Source: Candidatus Latescibacterota bacterium (lineage in GTDB: Bacteria; Latescibacterota; UBA2968; GCA-2709665). Taken from it: 64,000 bases of DNA. Position 1 is the stretch's first letter. Every line of letters begins with the position of its first letter. Below the pieces are notes generated by a model. It was given only the letters and a program-made list of their open reading frames with translations, had not been told where the DNA came from and searched no databases. Where the stretch lies: assembly GCA_965205485.1 (NCBI GenBank), contig OZ242180.1:352001-416000 (forward strand), read 5' to 3'. The position numbers were made by a program, and so were the translations under genes. Shown one piece after another: positions 30,816 to 41,658 of the stretch.

Positions 30816-31052
30816 ATGCCCAGAATCGACATCGAATACTGCGCGGCTTGAGGCTACGAAGATCAGACCGTCAGTTTGACGGACAGGCTGCTGAGAGAAT
30901 TCAAGCAGGACATCGATAGCTTCACGCTGATTCCCGCCGGCGGCGGACGTTTTGAAGTCACCATCGACGGGGAACTCGCTTTCTCCAAGCTCAAGGAGGG
31001 CCGATTTCCCGATTACGACGAGATCCAGCCCGAAGTCTCGAAACGCATATAA
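30816..31052 (+). CDS. SelT/SelW/SelH (Rdx) family selenoprotein, Sec at UGA 30849-30851
   Basis: AAGGAGG RBS; MPRIDIEYCAA(U)GYEDQ...LIPAGGGRFEVTIDGELAFSKLKEGRFPDYDEI; CxxU motif; hairpin CCGTCA-GTT-TGACGG at 30868-30882. Confidence 0.9.
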
Positions 31053-31180
31053 TACATGATGTTGTAAACCAAGGGTCGAGACTGTTGATGACCGTCTCAT
31101 CACTTTTTCGCGTTGGATCCTATAATCGTCGCCGAACGCCGATTCTGCGGAACTCGTCATTACAACCGGACCGGAGCCCG

Positions 31181-32233
31181 ATGAACAGTAAGTGTCTGTG
31201 TAATCTCATACTCCTGTCGGCCCTTGTCGGCTCGGGATGGATTGCAGGTTGCGCCGGCAGGAACGTCTCCATTCTCGTAACCCGTCCGGCTGAGATCAAC
31301 CTGAGCCAATATGACAGGATCACGATTGGAGAGATAACAGGTTCGGGGAGCGGAATCGTCTCCAGACTCAGCGATCTGGGCAAGTTCCTTCAGGGCGTGG
31401 AATCCAGGGACACGTGGGTCCGACGACTCTCCGCCGAGATGTCGCAAGCCCTTTCAGCTTCCGGGCGATTCGAGCTTCTTGACTATGGAAACCTGCAAAC
31501 CGGACGCGGGCGGGACGATGAAAACGGGAACATCGTCCTGATTACGGGTGGCATCCTGGCGTACGACTACGACGAAGAGGAAATCAACGAAGACGTCACG
31601 AAGAAGAACAGAAAGACAGAAGAGGGAACCACCGGGCGGGAATACAAACGCAAGGGTACCGCGCGGGTTGAAGTCCAGCTTCGACTCGTGGACTTGCGCA
31701 CATCCAGGATTCTGGCCAGCAGAAATTTCATCCGGCGTGAGACAATAAGAACGTCCGGGAAGACTCCGGAGAAAGCAGGCATCGACAACGCCGATCGCAG
31801 GCGCCTGTTCGCGGCATGCCGCGCAGATATCGTACGGGCTATTGGGCGGATGATTGTGCCGTATACCGAGCGCGTATTCGTTTCGTTTGAAACCGACAAG
31901 AAAATGCCGGAACTGGAAAACGGGTTCAGAACGGTTCAAGCCGGTAACTGGGATTCCGCGGTCGAGATCTTTCACGCGGCTACAGAGACCTATTCCAATT
32001 CAACCGACGTCCACAAGGCCTATTACAATCTTGGCCTGAGCTACATGTATACGGACCGGTTCGATCTGGCTCGAACCGCTCTGCGGGAAGCCAGTGCCGG
32101 GAAATCCAGCGGAAAATACCGGAACGCCATCCTGGAACTGGAAAGACGCAAAGAAGAGAAACGACGGCTCGAAGAGCAGACGAGGATTGATCGAGGAAAC
32201 GGGGAAAACTCGGAACCGGTGAAGGAGGATTGA
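31181..32233 (+). CDS. lipoprotein with CsgG-like N-terminal and TPR C-terminal regions
   Basis: Lipobox IAG-C; RPAEINL; VQLRLVDLRTSRIL; AYYNLGLSY TPR-like helices. Confidence 0.7.
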   Translation: MNSKCLCNLILLSALVGSGWIAGCAGRNVSILVTRPAEINLSQYDRITIGEITGSGSGIVSRLSDLGKFLQGVESRDTWVRRLSAEMSQALSASGRFELLDYGNLQTGRGRDDENGNIVLITGGILAYDYDEEEINEDVTKKNRKTEEGTTGREYKRKGTARVEVQLRLVDLRTSRILASRNFIRRETIRTSGKTPEKAGIDNADRRRLFAACRADIVRAIGRMIVPYTERVFVSFETDKKMPELENGFRTVQAGNWDSAVEIFHAATETYSNSTDVHKAYYNLGLSYMYTDRFDLARTALREASAGKSSGKYRNAILELERRKEEKRRLEEQTRIDRGNGENSEPVKED

Positions 32234-32237
32234 ATAG

Positions 32238-33605
32238 ATGCCAGTCACCAGAAGACAGTTTCTGAAGTCGGCGGCCGCGGTCAGCATTGGATTCCAGGGT
32301 CTGCAGAGCTACGTGGTCTGGGGGGAAACTCTTGGGGAGGGGATCGCCGTGGGCTACGGCCCTATGCTGCCGGACCCGGGCGGGATCATCGATCTGCCCA
32401 AGGGCTTCACCTACCGTGTGATCTCCCGCACCGGCGACGAGATGGACGATGGTCTGCGGGTGCCGGGCCTGCCCGACGCAATGGCCGCCTTTCCCGGCGC
32501 GGAGGGACGGACCCTGCTGGTCTGCAACCACGAACTCAGTGCGGGGGCCCACAAGGTCGGCGCCTTTGGCGATGAGAACGAGCGTCTCCGCAAAGTGCCG
32601 CGGGAGCGGTTCTACGACTGGGGCCACGGCGACCCGCCCCAGGGAGGGACGACGACCTTCGTACTCGGCCCCGACGGTGAGTTGGAGAAACATTACCTCA
32701 GCCTGGCAGGCACCGTGCGCAACTGCGCCGGCGGCCTCACCCCATGGGGGAGCTGGATCACCTGCGAGGAAACGACCCAGCGCGCCGACGACGACCACGA
32801 ACAGGACCATGGGTACAACTTCGAGGTCCCGGCAGGACCGGATACGGGGCCCGCGGAACCGGTTGCCCTGAAGGCAATGGGCCGCTTCAACCACGAGGCC
32901 GTGGCCGTCCATCCGGCGACGGGCATCGTCTATCAGACCGAAGACGCCGGCGACGGTCTCATCTACCGCTACCTGCCCGACGAGCCCGGACGTCTCGCGG
33001 CCGGTGGCCGGCTGCAGGCCCTCATGGCCAGCGACCGGCCGAGCCTGGAAACGGACAACCATAAGTCGCAAACCGTCGCTCCCGGGGACCGACTGGCCGC
33101 GGCCTGGGTCGACATCGAGGACGTCGAGTCCCCGGACAATGACCTGCGCGACCAGGGATTCGACAAGGGCGCCGCCCGCTTCGCCCGCGGCGAGGGCATG
33201 TGGTACGGCCGGGAGGCCGTCTACTACGCATGCACCAGCGGCGGCAAGAAGAAGAAGGGGCAGGTGTGGCGCTACGAGCCGAGCCCCCACGAGGGGACGC
33301 CCCGCGAGACGGCCACTCCCGGGACCCTGGAGCTGTTCATCGAGCCCAACGACGGCAACCTGGTTGAGAACTGCGACAACCTGACGGTGGCGCCCTGGGG
33401 CGACCTCGTGCTTTGCGAGGACGGCGGGGGGGACAACCACCTGGTAGGGGTCACTCCGGAGGGGCAGCTCTACAAGCTCGGCCGCAACGCCTTCAACGAG
33501 TCCGAGTTCGCCGGCGCCACGTTCTCGCCCGACGGCCGCACGCTCTACGCCAACATTCAATCGCCCGGGATCACCCTGGCCATCAGCGGGCCCTGGACGG
33601 GCTGA
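32238..33605 (+). CDS. phoX: PhoX-family alkaline phosphatase (DUF839), Tat-exported
   Basis: TRRQFLK twin-arginine signal; NHE, NCAGG.TPWG.WITCEE, GRFNHEA, DNL, EFAG. Confidence 0.88.
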   Translation: MPVTRRQFLKSAAAVSIGFQGLQSYVVWGETLGEGIAVGYGPMLPDPGGIIDLPKGFTYRVISRTGDEMDDGLRVPGLPDAMAAFPGAEGRTLLVCNHELSAGAHKVGAFGDENERLRKVPRERFYDWGHGDPPQGGTTTFVLGPDGELEKHYLSLAGTVRNCAGGLTPWGSWITCEETTQRADDDHEQDHGYNFEVPAGPDTGPAEPVALKAMGRFNHEAVAVHPATGIVYQTEDAGDGLIYRYLPDEPGRLAAGGRLQALMASDRPSLETDNHKSQTVAPGDRLAAAWVDIEDVESPDNDLRDQGFDKGAARFARGEGMWYGREAVYYACTSGGKKKKGQVWRYEPSPHEGTPRETATPGTLELFIEPNDGNLVENCDNLTVAPWGDLVLCEDGGGDNHLVGVTPEGQLYKLGRNAFNESEFAGATFSPDGRTLYANIQSPGITLAISGPWTG

Positions 33606-33689
33606 GCCGGGGCCTCAGTCAAGTCCCGGTCGCCGCGACGACCGGAAGAAAGACAAACGGCGGTGTGGCGTGGAGGGTATACGTTCACC

Positions 33690-34490
33690 ATGTCAATGCT
33701 AACTACACGCAAGGCGCCCGACCCCAAAGCCTGCGCCGTCGCCCGCGCGGTAGGCGAGGAAGTTCGCCCCGACCGGGTCATTCTGTTCGGCTCCCGCGCC
33801 CGAGGCGACTACAGCCCGCATTCGGATATCGACCTGCTCATCATCACCGACTCCGACTCCGCGGATCGGCAGGGGTATCAAGACACGAGCGTGGCAGCCC
33901 ACCGCAAGGCGGAGGAACTGTATGGCGACTTAATCGGCGTCGATCTGGTCCACCTGGGCGAAAAAGCCTTCCACGACGGTCGACGGGCGCGAAACCACGT
34001 GGCGGGCCAGGCCGTCCGCGACGGTTTTGACGGGAATGGCGACAAGGTAGACTACGACAACCCGGAACCGTCCAACTGGCCCGATATACGACAACGTGTC
34101 GCCAATGCCCGGCGGAGTCTCGGAGATCTGGTAGTCCTTGTGGAAGACTCCCGGTCTTCTCAGGAACTGATCGGGTTTACCGCACAGCAGGCGATGGAAA
34201 ACGCGCTGAAAGGGTGGATTTCGGCGCTCGACGCCGACTATCGTAACACGCATGATCTTGCGAAGCTTGCCGCAATCGTGCGACAGCATCCCAATGAAAT
34301 CCACACGCCGGCCGGTGAGAAGCTGGCGTGGCTGACCCGGTACGCTGTGCGGTACCGCTATGCAGACGCGCATGTGGTCATCGAAGACCGCGATGCGCTG
34401 CTATCGGCAGTAAAGGAGACCGTCGAAGCCATTATCGCCCGCATCCGTGCGCTGAACGCAACCGCAGCAGAGGAGCCTGGAACCGAGTAG
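33690..34490 (+). CDS. MNT (minimal nucleotidyltransferase)-HEPN fusion, copy 1 (intact)
   Basis: VILFGSRARGDYSPHSDIDLL (GSx10DxD); HEPN-like AQQAMENALKG..RNTHDL..YAVRYRY. Confidence 0.88.
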   Translation: MSMLTTRKAPDPKACAVARAVGEEVRPDRVILFGSRARGDYSPHSDIDLLIITDSDSADRQGYQDTSVAAHRKAEELYGDLIGVDLVHLGEKAFHDGRRARNHVAGQAVRDGFDGNGDKVDYDNPEPSNWPDIRQRVANARRSLGDLVVLVEDSRSSQELIGFTAQQAMENALKGWISALDADYRNTHDLAKLAAIVRQHPNEIHTPAGEKLAWLTRYAVRYRYADAHVVIEDRDALLSAVKETVEAIIARIRALNATAAEEPGTE

Positions 34491-34543
34491 GGTCGACGGT
34501 AGGTCAAGCATCCAACGCTTTATTGCGTTCGTGCATCAAGAAT

Positions 34544-34580
34544 GAGGGTCGGAGCCGCTCGAGCTCCGACCCTCGTTTTT
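34544..34580 (+). terminator. array-specific hairpin/terminator, copy 1
   Basis: GAGGGTCGGAGC-N7-GCTCCGACCCTC + T-tract; related copies at 38862, 41751 (half), 43501, 47576, 52486, 53569. Confidence 0.7.
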
Positions 34581-35133
34581 CTTGAGAATTCCTACCGCTG
34601 CTGCCGTCCCGGTTCTTGTTCCCTTCCTCACGTCGCTTTCGCCTGCCGCAAAGCCACATGCCATGACACCCGATGCCGCCAATCGGCTGGCATCGCGCTT
34701 CCTCGTCAATGACCCCTGCGAATAACCGGATTGAACCGGGCGCGTCCTGCGACTGACAAGAACATCTTAAACGTCGACTCGGGCGCGCTCACTTCCTCTA
34801 CTGGCTGAACTGCGGGATCCGTCTGGACCGATTTCCGCGCGTGGTCATTCTTCAAGACCCCATGCATAAATGGGTTCAAGTGGCGAAACGACTGTGCCGA
34901 GTATGTCCATGGTGGAAATTTCAGCAATAAATCAACAAAAACGTCCAAGAATTCAGCGCAAGTTCATCAAAAAAGTGTTAATTTTACATGCGGCGGGATT
35001 TTGCCCAACACCGAATCGTTGGCAGATTCCTGCCTGAAACGGATTTCGCCGGGCTCAAGAGGCAACATTGTCAAATGGTCTGTTAAATGCAACACAACGC
35101 GCCCGTATGATATCGGTAAGAGGAGGATTAGTC

Positions 35134-37842
35134 ATGTCATTGACACGAGGATTGCTGTTGACGATAGCCGCCCTCGCGCTGCTGGCGCTGCTGTGCCACG
35201 CCGCTATGGGTTCCGGTGCAAGCAATGGCGACGCGATGGCCCATGCGATCGGCGACGATGCCGCGTCTATTCCGGATTTCGACGGCGACGGTACCATCGG
35301 CTTTGGCGATTTCGTGAAGTTTGCTGCGAAGTTCGGCCTGGGGCAGGGTGACGACGGATATGACGCGCAGTATGATCTGAACGGCGACGGCGAAATCGGG
35401 TTTTCCGACTTTGTGCTCTTGGCGCAGAACTTTGGGAAGGACGTGCCTTCTCCAGTCGTCTCGATCCCCGATGCCAACCTGCGGACCGCGATTGAGTCTG
35501 CCCTGGGCAAGAATAGCGGCGCACCCATCACCCAGGCTGAAATGGCAACGTTGACCCACCTGTGGTCCAATGGTTCGGGAATCATCGATCTGACCGGACT
35601 GGATTTCGCCACCAACCTGACGTCGCTCAATCTTTCGCACAACAACATCGTGGATGTAAGGCCTCTGCAAAACTTAAGCAACCTGACGTTTCTGAACCTT
35701 TACGTCAACGACATTACCGATCTATCGCCACTGGCCGGCTTGAGCAACCTGACATATCTGAACCTTGCCTTCAATACCAACATAACGAATTTGTCGCCAC
35801 TGGCGCGCTTCCCTAACCTGGTATTCCTGTCACTTATCAGAACTAATGTTTCGGATTTATCGCCTCTGGTCGGCTTGAAGAACCTGGAAGAATTGCGTCT
35901 TGACGCCACCTACGTCACGGATCTTTCGCCACTGGCCAGCTTTACCAACCTGACCGAGCTGTGGCTTGGTTCCACTGAATTCGTGGACATCTCTCCCCTG
36001 GCTGGATTGACGAACCTGATGGTACTGCGACTTGACTTCGCCAAAATCACGGACGTTTCGCCGCTGGCGAACTTTGCCAACCTGACGGAACTAGACCTTG
36101 CGAACACCGATATCACGGATTTAACGCCGCTGGCCGGCTTGACCAACCTGAGGGTACTACGTCTTGAATTCACCAGAATCGCGGACATATCTCCACTTGC
36201 CGGTTTGAATCAACTCACGGAACTGGACCTTTCGGGAACCGGAATCGCTGATTTACACCCGCTGGCAAACTTCACGAACCTGACGAGACTGGGCCTTGCT
36301 GGCACCGACATAACCGATATAATGCCTCTGGCGAACTTGACAAATCTAACGCAACTGAACCTTGGGAACACCGACATCACGGATATAACGCCGCTGGCAA
36401 GCATGACTAACCTGGCGGAACTGCACCTTCACTCCAACAACATCGCGGATATATCGCCACTGTCGAACTTTACACACCTGACTAGACTTAACCTTGCCAA
36501 CAACAACATTACGGATATGTCGCCGCTGGCGAACTTTACCAATCTGACATACCTATCCGTCGCCTATAACAATTTTACGGTCACTGACATGGCGGCACTG
36601 GCAGGTTTGATCCACCTGGTTGAATTGGATCTCCGGTTCAACGGCATCACGGAAATCTCGGCGCTCTCCGGTTTGACCAATTTGGAACGGCTGAATCTTC
36701 GAGGAAATCCTCTTAGCGAACTCTCCATCTCCGAGCATGTTACTACCCTCGATAACATAGGGGTTGAGGTAGTCTTTGACTCGTTTCGCAAGGGCGACTT
36801 CGACATTGAACTTATCTTTACGGGGTCATTTGAAAAAAAGCATATGAATATGCTACAATACGTATCACGGCGCTGGATGGCGGTCATTATAGAGGAACTG
36901 CCGGACTATGAACTCATCGAGGGTTGGTCGAACAGGTGCGGCGATCACTCATTTGAGATTCCGGCAGGTGAGCGGATTGACGACCTTCGGATCTTTATAA
37001 CGACGTTCGACGTCGACGACTACCCAAACGCAGTCGGTTGGGGCGGTCCCTCCCTGGTTCGGGAGGAGACCGGTCTGCCCGTCGTGGGATGCATGGGATT
37101 CGATCTGGGACGGGCGGATCTGGAGATCACGGGGCTCCACGAACTAGGGCACGTTCTTGGGTTCGGTACGAATATATGGCACGATCGCGGCTTCCTTAGG
37201 GAATTCTCCAAGGACGACCCGAACGCGGACACACACTTCAATGGCGCTCTCGCGATCACCGCTTTCGACGACGCGGGTGGACGGGACTACTCGGGAAAAA
37301 AGGTCCCAGTACAGCAGATGGATGGGACCCACTGGAGGATACCCGCTATCAATTTCGAACTCATGACTCCGTATGGAGGCGGGTACCTGAGCGCGATCAC
37401 GGTTCAGTCCCTGGCCGATCTGGGCTATGGCGTGGACGTCACGCAAGCGGACCACTATGCCCTTCGCGCCTTGTCCGGCGCCGGCGTTGGCACGACTGCA
37501 GCAAAAATCACCCCAGACCAGACCTCGGCCACCTATCCCATTTTCGATATCAACGTGCCGTTTCCTGGCGTCAACCAAGGCGTCGATACGTACGGGCAAG
37601 AGAGAATCGGGAGGCGCTTCCATTCGACTGCCGGGAACGTCGGCCGCACCGGTCGCATGGAGAGCGCTTTGCGGATGTGGGGCGCCGACGTCACGTTCGA
37701 TCTCACGGGACACCGCCAGATGTGGGACGCGGGATCGACTGCCCACACGGCGCCTGAGCTAACCTGCGGCGCCGGGCTGATGAATGAGCCCATTTACGTA
37801 GCTGACACGCAAGGTCGTATCGTCCGTACTATCAACCGTTGA
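35134..37842 (+). CDS. secreted EF-hand/dockerin-like + ~18 LRR + leishmanolysin (M8)-like metalloprotease (A1)
   Basis: GAGGAGG RBS; signal peptide; DFDGDGTIGFGDF/DLNGDGEIGFSDF; 22-aa LRRs; HELGH...HW...ELMT...LSAITVQSLADLGY. Confidence 0.85.
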   Translation: MSLTRGLLLTIAALALLALLCHAAMGSGASNGDAMAHAIGDDAASIPDFDGDGTIGFGDFVKFAAKFGLGQGDDGYDAQYDLNGDGEIGFSDFVLLAQNFGKDVPSPVVSIPDANLRTAIESALGKNSGAPITQAEMATLTHLWSNGSGIIDLTGLDFATNLTSLNLSHNNIVDVRPLQNLSNLTFLNLYVNDITDLSPLAGLSNLTYLNLAFNTNITNLSPLARFPNLVFLSLIRTNVSDLSPLVGLKNLEELRLDATYVTDLSPLASFTNLTELWLGSTEFVDISPLAGLTNLMVLRLDFAKITDVSPLANFANLTELDLANTDITDLTPLAGLTNLRVLRLEFTRIADISPLAGLNQLTELDLSGTGIADLHPLANFTNLTRLGLAGTDITDIMPLANLTNLTQLNLGNTDITDITPLASMTNLAELHLHSNNIADISPLSNFTHLTRLNLANNNITDMSPLANFTNLTYLSVAYNNFTVTDMAALAGLIHLVELDLRFNGITEISALSGLTNLERLNLRGNPLSELSISEHVTTLDNIGVEVVFDSFRKGDFDIELIFTGSFEKKHMNMLQYVSRRWMAVIIEELPDYELIEGWSNRCGDHSFEIPAGERIDDLRIFITTFDVDDYPNAVGWGGPSLVREETGLPVVGCMGFDLGRADLEITGLHELGHVLGFGTNIWHDRGFLREFSKDDPNADTHFNGALAITAFDDAGGRDYSGKKVPVQQMDGTHWRIPAINFELMTPYGGGYLSAITVQSLADLGYGVDVTQADHYALRALSGAGVGTTAAKITPDQTSATYPIFDINVPFPGVNQGVDTYGQERIGRRFHSTAGNVGRTGRMESALRMWGADVTFDLTGHRQMWDAGSTAHTAPELTCGAGLMNEPIYVADTQGRIVRTINR

Positions 37843-38011
37843 TACTTGACATCCTACAGTCGCTCCATCCCGTGTCCTCGAATTCTCGCGGTTCATCGAA
37901 ACGTCGTAATTCGGCTTGTCGAGACGATTTTTCAATTTGACCGTTCTCCTGCCGCCAAGACGACCGCGTGAATGGAAAACGGCCGTGCGGCCCGGAAGGT
38001 CTACGTTTACC

Positions 38012-38854
38012 ATGGCAAGGCTCCCGACATGCAACGTACCCGACCCGAAAGCCTGCGCCGTCGCCAGGGCCGTTGGCGAAGCAGTCCGCCCGGACCGGGT
38101 CATTCTGTTCGGCTCGCGCGCCCGCGGCGACTACAACCCGCATTCGGACATCGACCTGCTCATCATCACCGACTCCGATTTCACGGATCAGCAGATGTAT
38201 CAGGACACGAGCGTGGCGGCCCACCGCAAGGTCGACGAACTGTATGGCGACCTGATCGGCGTCGATCTGGTCCACCTGGGCGAGAAAGCCTTCCACGACG
38301 GTCGCCGGGCGCGAAACCATGTGGCCGGCCAGGCTGTCCGCGACGGTTTTGACGGGAATGGCGACAAGGTAGACTACGACAACCCGGAACCGTCCAACTG
38401 GCCTGACATTCGGCAGCGCATCGCCAATGCCAGGCGGAGTCTCAGAGATCTGGAAGTCCTTGTGGAAGACTCCCGGTCTTCTCAGGAGGCCATCGGGTTT
38501 CACGCCCAACAGGCAATGGAAAACGCGCTGAAGGGGTGGATTTCGGCGCTGGACTCCGACTATCGTAACACGCACGATCTGGCGAAGCTTGCCGCTATCG
38601 TTCGGCAGCATCCCGATGAAATCCACACGCCGGCCGGTGAGAAGCTGGCGTGGCTGACCCGGTACGCTGTGCGGTACCGCTATTCAGACGCGCAGGTGGT
38701 CATCGATGACCGCGATGCGCTCCTATCGGCGGTACCGGAAACCGTCGAGGCCATTATCGCCCGCATCCGTGCGCTGAATGCAGCACCGGCAAGAGGAGCC
38801 CGGGACCGAATAGGGACGACCGTAGATCCAGGCTTAACACACGGTTGCATTTGA
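38012..38854 (+). CDS. MNT-HEPN fusion, copy 2 (C-terminal +1 frameshift extends the tail)
   Basis: Highly similar to copy 1; extra A at 38791-38792 bypasses the homologous TAG at 38811-38813. Confidence 0.85.
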   Translation: MARLPTCNVPDPKACAVARAVGEAVRPDRVILFGSRARGDYNPHSDIDLLIITDSDFTDQQMYQDTSVAAHRKVDELYGDLIGVDLVHLGEKAFHDGRRARNHVAGQAVRDGFDGNGDKVDYDNPEPSNWPDIRQRIANARRSLRDLEVLVEDSRSSQEAIGFHAQQAMENALKGWISALDSDYRNTHDLAKLAAIVRQHPDEIHTPAGEKLAWLTRYAVRYRYSDAQVVIDDRDALLSAVPETVEAIIARIRALNAAPARGARDRIGTTVDPGLTHGCI

Positions 38855-38861
38855 ACAACAG

Positions 38862-38903
38862 AAACGAGGGTCGAAGTCGCTCACGCTTCGACCCTCGTTT
38901 TTC
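38862..38903 (+). terminator. array-specific hairpin/terminator
   Basis: AAACGAGGGTCGAAG...CTTCGACCCTCGTTT TT. Confidence 0.7.
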
Positions 38904-39447
38904 TGATGTATTCCTTCCGTATCTGCCCGCCTGATTCCTGTTCCTTCCCTAACGATCGGCTGACGCTGCCGCAAAGCCCCACTCCCTGACGCCCGACGCC
39001 GCCTTTCAGTCTACGCCTGCCTTCCTCGCAAATTTCCCTCGCGAATACCCGGATCGCACCGAGTGCGACAGGCGACGGATGTGAAGACCTCGAACGTTGG
39101 ATCGATCTCGTCCATTTCCTTCCCCGGCTGAATTCGCGGTTCCATGTGAACGAATCTCCACGTCCAGTCATTCTGCAACGTCCGATGAATTAGCGGGGTC
39201 GATCGGCCTGAATTTCGAGCACCCACCGGTAATTTCAGCAAATTATCATCAAGAATGCGCGACATTTTAGAGCAAGTTCGCCAAGAAAGCGTTATATTCG
39301 TGTTTCTTGGGACTCTGCCCAACACTTGTTCGGTGGCGGACTCCGGATTGAAACGAAATCCGGTGGGCTCATCTGGCAATATTGCCGGAAGGTCGGCAGG
39401 ATTCAAGACGTGGCGCATGGACGATAGCTGTGAGAGGAGGATTGGTC

Positions 39448-41658
39448 ATGTCACTAACACGAGGTTTACTGTTGTCGATAGCCGCCCTCACGCTGCTGGC
39501 AATCGTGTGTCACGCCGCAATCGACGCCAGTTCAGACGATCGGGGCGCGACAGCATCTGCCGCCACCGTCGACGCCGGCGGCGACGAAACTGCGTCAATT
39601 CCCGACTTCGATGGCGACGGCACGATCGGCTTTAACGACTTCGTGAAATTTGCAGCCAAGTTCGGCCTGGGTCAGGGCGATGACGGATATGACGCGCGGT
39701 ACGATCTTAACGGCGACGGCGAGATCGGGTTTTCGGACTTTGTCATCTTCGCGCAGAACTTCGGCAAAGAGGTGGCTTCACTGGTCTCGATCCCGGATGC
39801 AAACCTGCGGGCCGCGATTGAGGCGGCTCTGGGCAAGGCCAGCGGCGCACCGATAACAAGGGCTGAAATGAAGTCTTTGGACGCTCTAACCGCGCCAGGC
39901 TGGGAGTGGCCCGGCATCGCCGATCTGACAGGGCTGGAGTCGGCGATCAACCTGACGTTCCTGCATCTCAGCCATCAAGAGCTGACGGACGTGTCGTCAC
40001 TAGCCAGCTTGACGAAACTGACAGAGCTGCATCTCGGATTCAACAGGATCAGGGATTTATCGGCACTGAGGAACCTGGCTGACCTGAAAACGCTCTACCT
40101 GAGAAGTAACAGGCGCGTGGATCTGTCGACTCTTGCCGGTTCCGGCTTGGCCAAACTGGAAACCCTCTGGCTTGGGATCAACAACCTCACGGACGTATCG
40201 GCGCTGGGAAACTTGGCCAGCCTGACAGAATTGGAACTTGATCATAACAACCTCGCGGATGTAACCGTACTTTCCGGCTTGACCAACCTGAGAATCCTAC
40301 GGCTTGACGACAACGATCTTACGGACGTGTCGGCTCTCGGACGCTTGAACAAACTGGAAACCTTGAGGATTGGTTTCAACAGGATCACGGACGTATCGGC
40401 ACTGGGAGACCTGGCTAACCTGACAGAGCTGGACCTTAGAGCTAACAGCCTCCTGGACGTGTCCGCGCTGGGAGTCCTGACCCGCTTGACAGATCTGAAT
40501 CTTGCATTCAACAACATCACGGACGTTGTGACACTGAGCGGTTTGACGCGGCTGACTGAGCTGGATCTTCGGGGAAACCCTCTGAACGTATCCTCCATCA
40601 GCCGACAAATCCCCTCGCACAAGCGCAACGGAGCGACGGTACACTTCGACTCATTCCAAAAAGGCGACTTCGACATCGAACTCGTTTTTCTCGATGAATT
40701 CACTGCAGGTCAGAAAAATGTGATCCGATATGCGACTCGGCGCTGGATGTCGATCATTACAGAGGACCTGCCGGATTATGAGTTTACCGAAGGTTGGTCG
40801 GACGGATGTGGCGATCAGTCGTTCGATATCGCATCCGGGGAGCGGATAGACGACCTGCGAATCTATGCGGTCAGCCACGAAGAGGGTCCACTCGGGTGGG
40901 CTGGTTCATCGGTGTTGCGAGAGACCCATCTGTCCGTCGTCGGATGCATGTCCTTCAACATGCAATCCACTGATCTGCTGAACGTAGCGCTCCATGAAAT
41001 AGCGCACGTCCTTGGGTTCGGTCCGATCTGGGACGATCTCGGCTTCTATCAGAATCCGCCAGACGGAGACGAGTACTTCAACGGTCCACTTGCAATCGCG
41101 GCCTTCGATGAAGCCGGGGGACGAAACTACCCTGGTGCGAAGGTGCCGTTGGCTGATCCTGGGCACTGGAGTTACTCGGTGCTTGCGGGCGAAATTATGG
41201 CGCCTTCTGCGATTGGGGGGGCGCTGAGCGCGATTACGGTTCAGTCCCTAGCCGATCTCGGCTACGGCGTGGACGTCTCCCAGGCGGACCCCTATACCCT
41301 GCCCGGCGCCAACACAGGAGCGAAGATCGCCGTCGCACCGCCAGGCGATACAGGCTTTGGCGTAAAGAGCTTCCGCCCGCACGTCTTCACGCAATCGGGC
41401 GCGATTCAGGATGGTCAAGAATCAATCGAAGGGAGACTGCACTCAGGTTCGACAGACGCCCGGACCAGTCGCCTGGAGAGCGTTAAAAGGCTGTCGGACC
41501 GCGGCATCACGTTCGATCTCGCGAGGAATCACCAGATGGGGGACGCGGGATCGACTGCTCATGCAGCGCCTGAGCCAACCTGCGGCGCCGGGCTGATGGA
41601 TGAACCCATCTACGTCGTTGATCAGCAGGGGCGTATCGTACGGACTATCGTACGCTAA
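39448..41658 (+). CDS. secreted EF-hand/dockerin-like + ~11 LRR + M8-like metalloprotease (A2)
   Basis: GAGGAGG RBS; same architecture as A1; HEIAH...HW...EIMA. Confidence 0.85.
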   Translation: MSLTRGLLLSIAALTLLAIVCHAAIDASSDDRGATASAATVDAGGDETASIPDFDGDGTIGFNDFVKFAAKFGLGQGDDGYDARYDLNGDGEIGFSDFVIFAQNFGKEVASLVSIPDANLRAAIEAALGKASGAPITRAEMKSLDALTAPGWEWPGIADLTGLESAINLTFLHLSHQELTDVSSLASLTKLTELHLGFNRIRDLSALRNLADLKTLYLRSNRRVDLSTLAGSGLAKLETLWLGINNLTDVSALGNLASLTELELDHNNLADVTVLSGLTNLRILRLDDNDLTDVSALGRLNKLETLRIGFNRITDVSALGDLANLTELDLRANSLLDVSALGVLTRLTDLNLAFNNITDVVTLSGLTRLTELDLRGNPLNVSSISRQIPSHKRNGATVHFDSFQKGDFDIELVFLDEFTAGQKNVIRYATRRWMSIITEDLPDYEFTEGWSDGCGDQSFDIASGERIDDLRIYAVSHEEGPLGWAGSSVLRETHLSVVGCMSFNMQSTDLLNVALHEIAHVLGFGPIWDDLGFYQNPPDGDEYFNGPLAIAAFDEAGGRNYPGAKVPLADPGHWSYSVLAGEIMAPSAIGGALSAITVQSLADLGYGVDVSQADPYTLPGANTGAKIAVAPPGDTGFGVKSFRPHVFTQSGAIQDGQESIEGRLHSGSTDARTSRLESVKRLSDRGITFDLARNHQMGDAGSTAHAAPEPTCGAGLMDEPIYVVDQQGRIVRTIVR

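Noticed and set aside
35270..35440. Cellulosome-type system implied by the dockerin-like module
   Set aside because: No cohesin/scaffoldin or glycoside hydrolase in the window; only paired Ca-binding-like loops are supported
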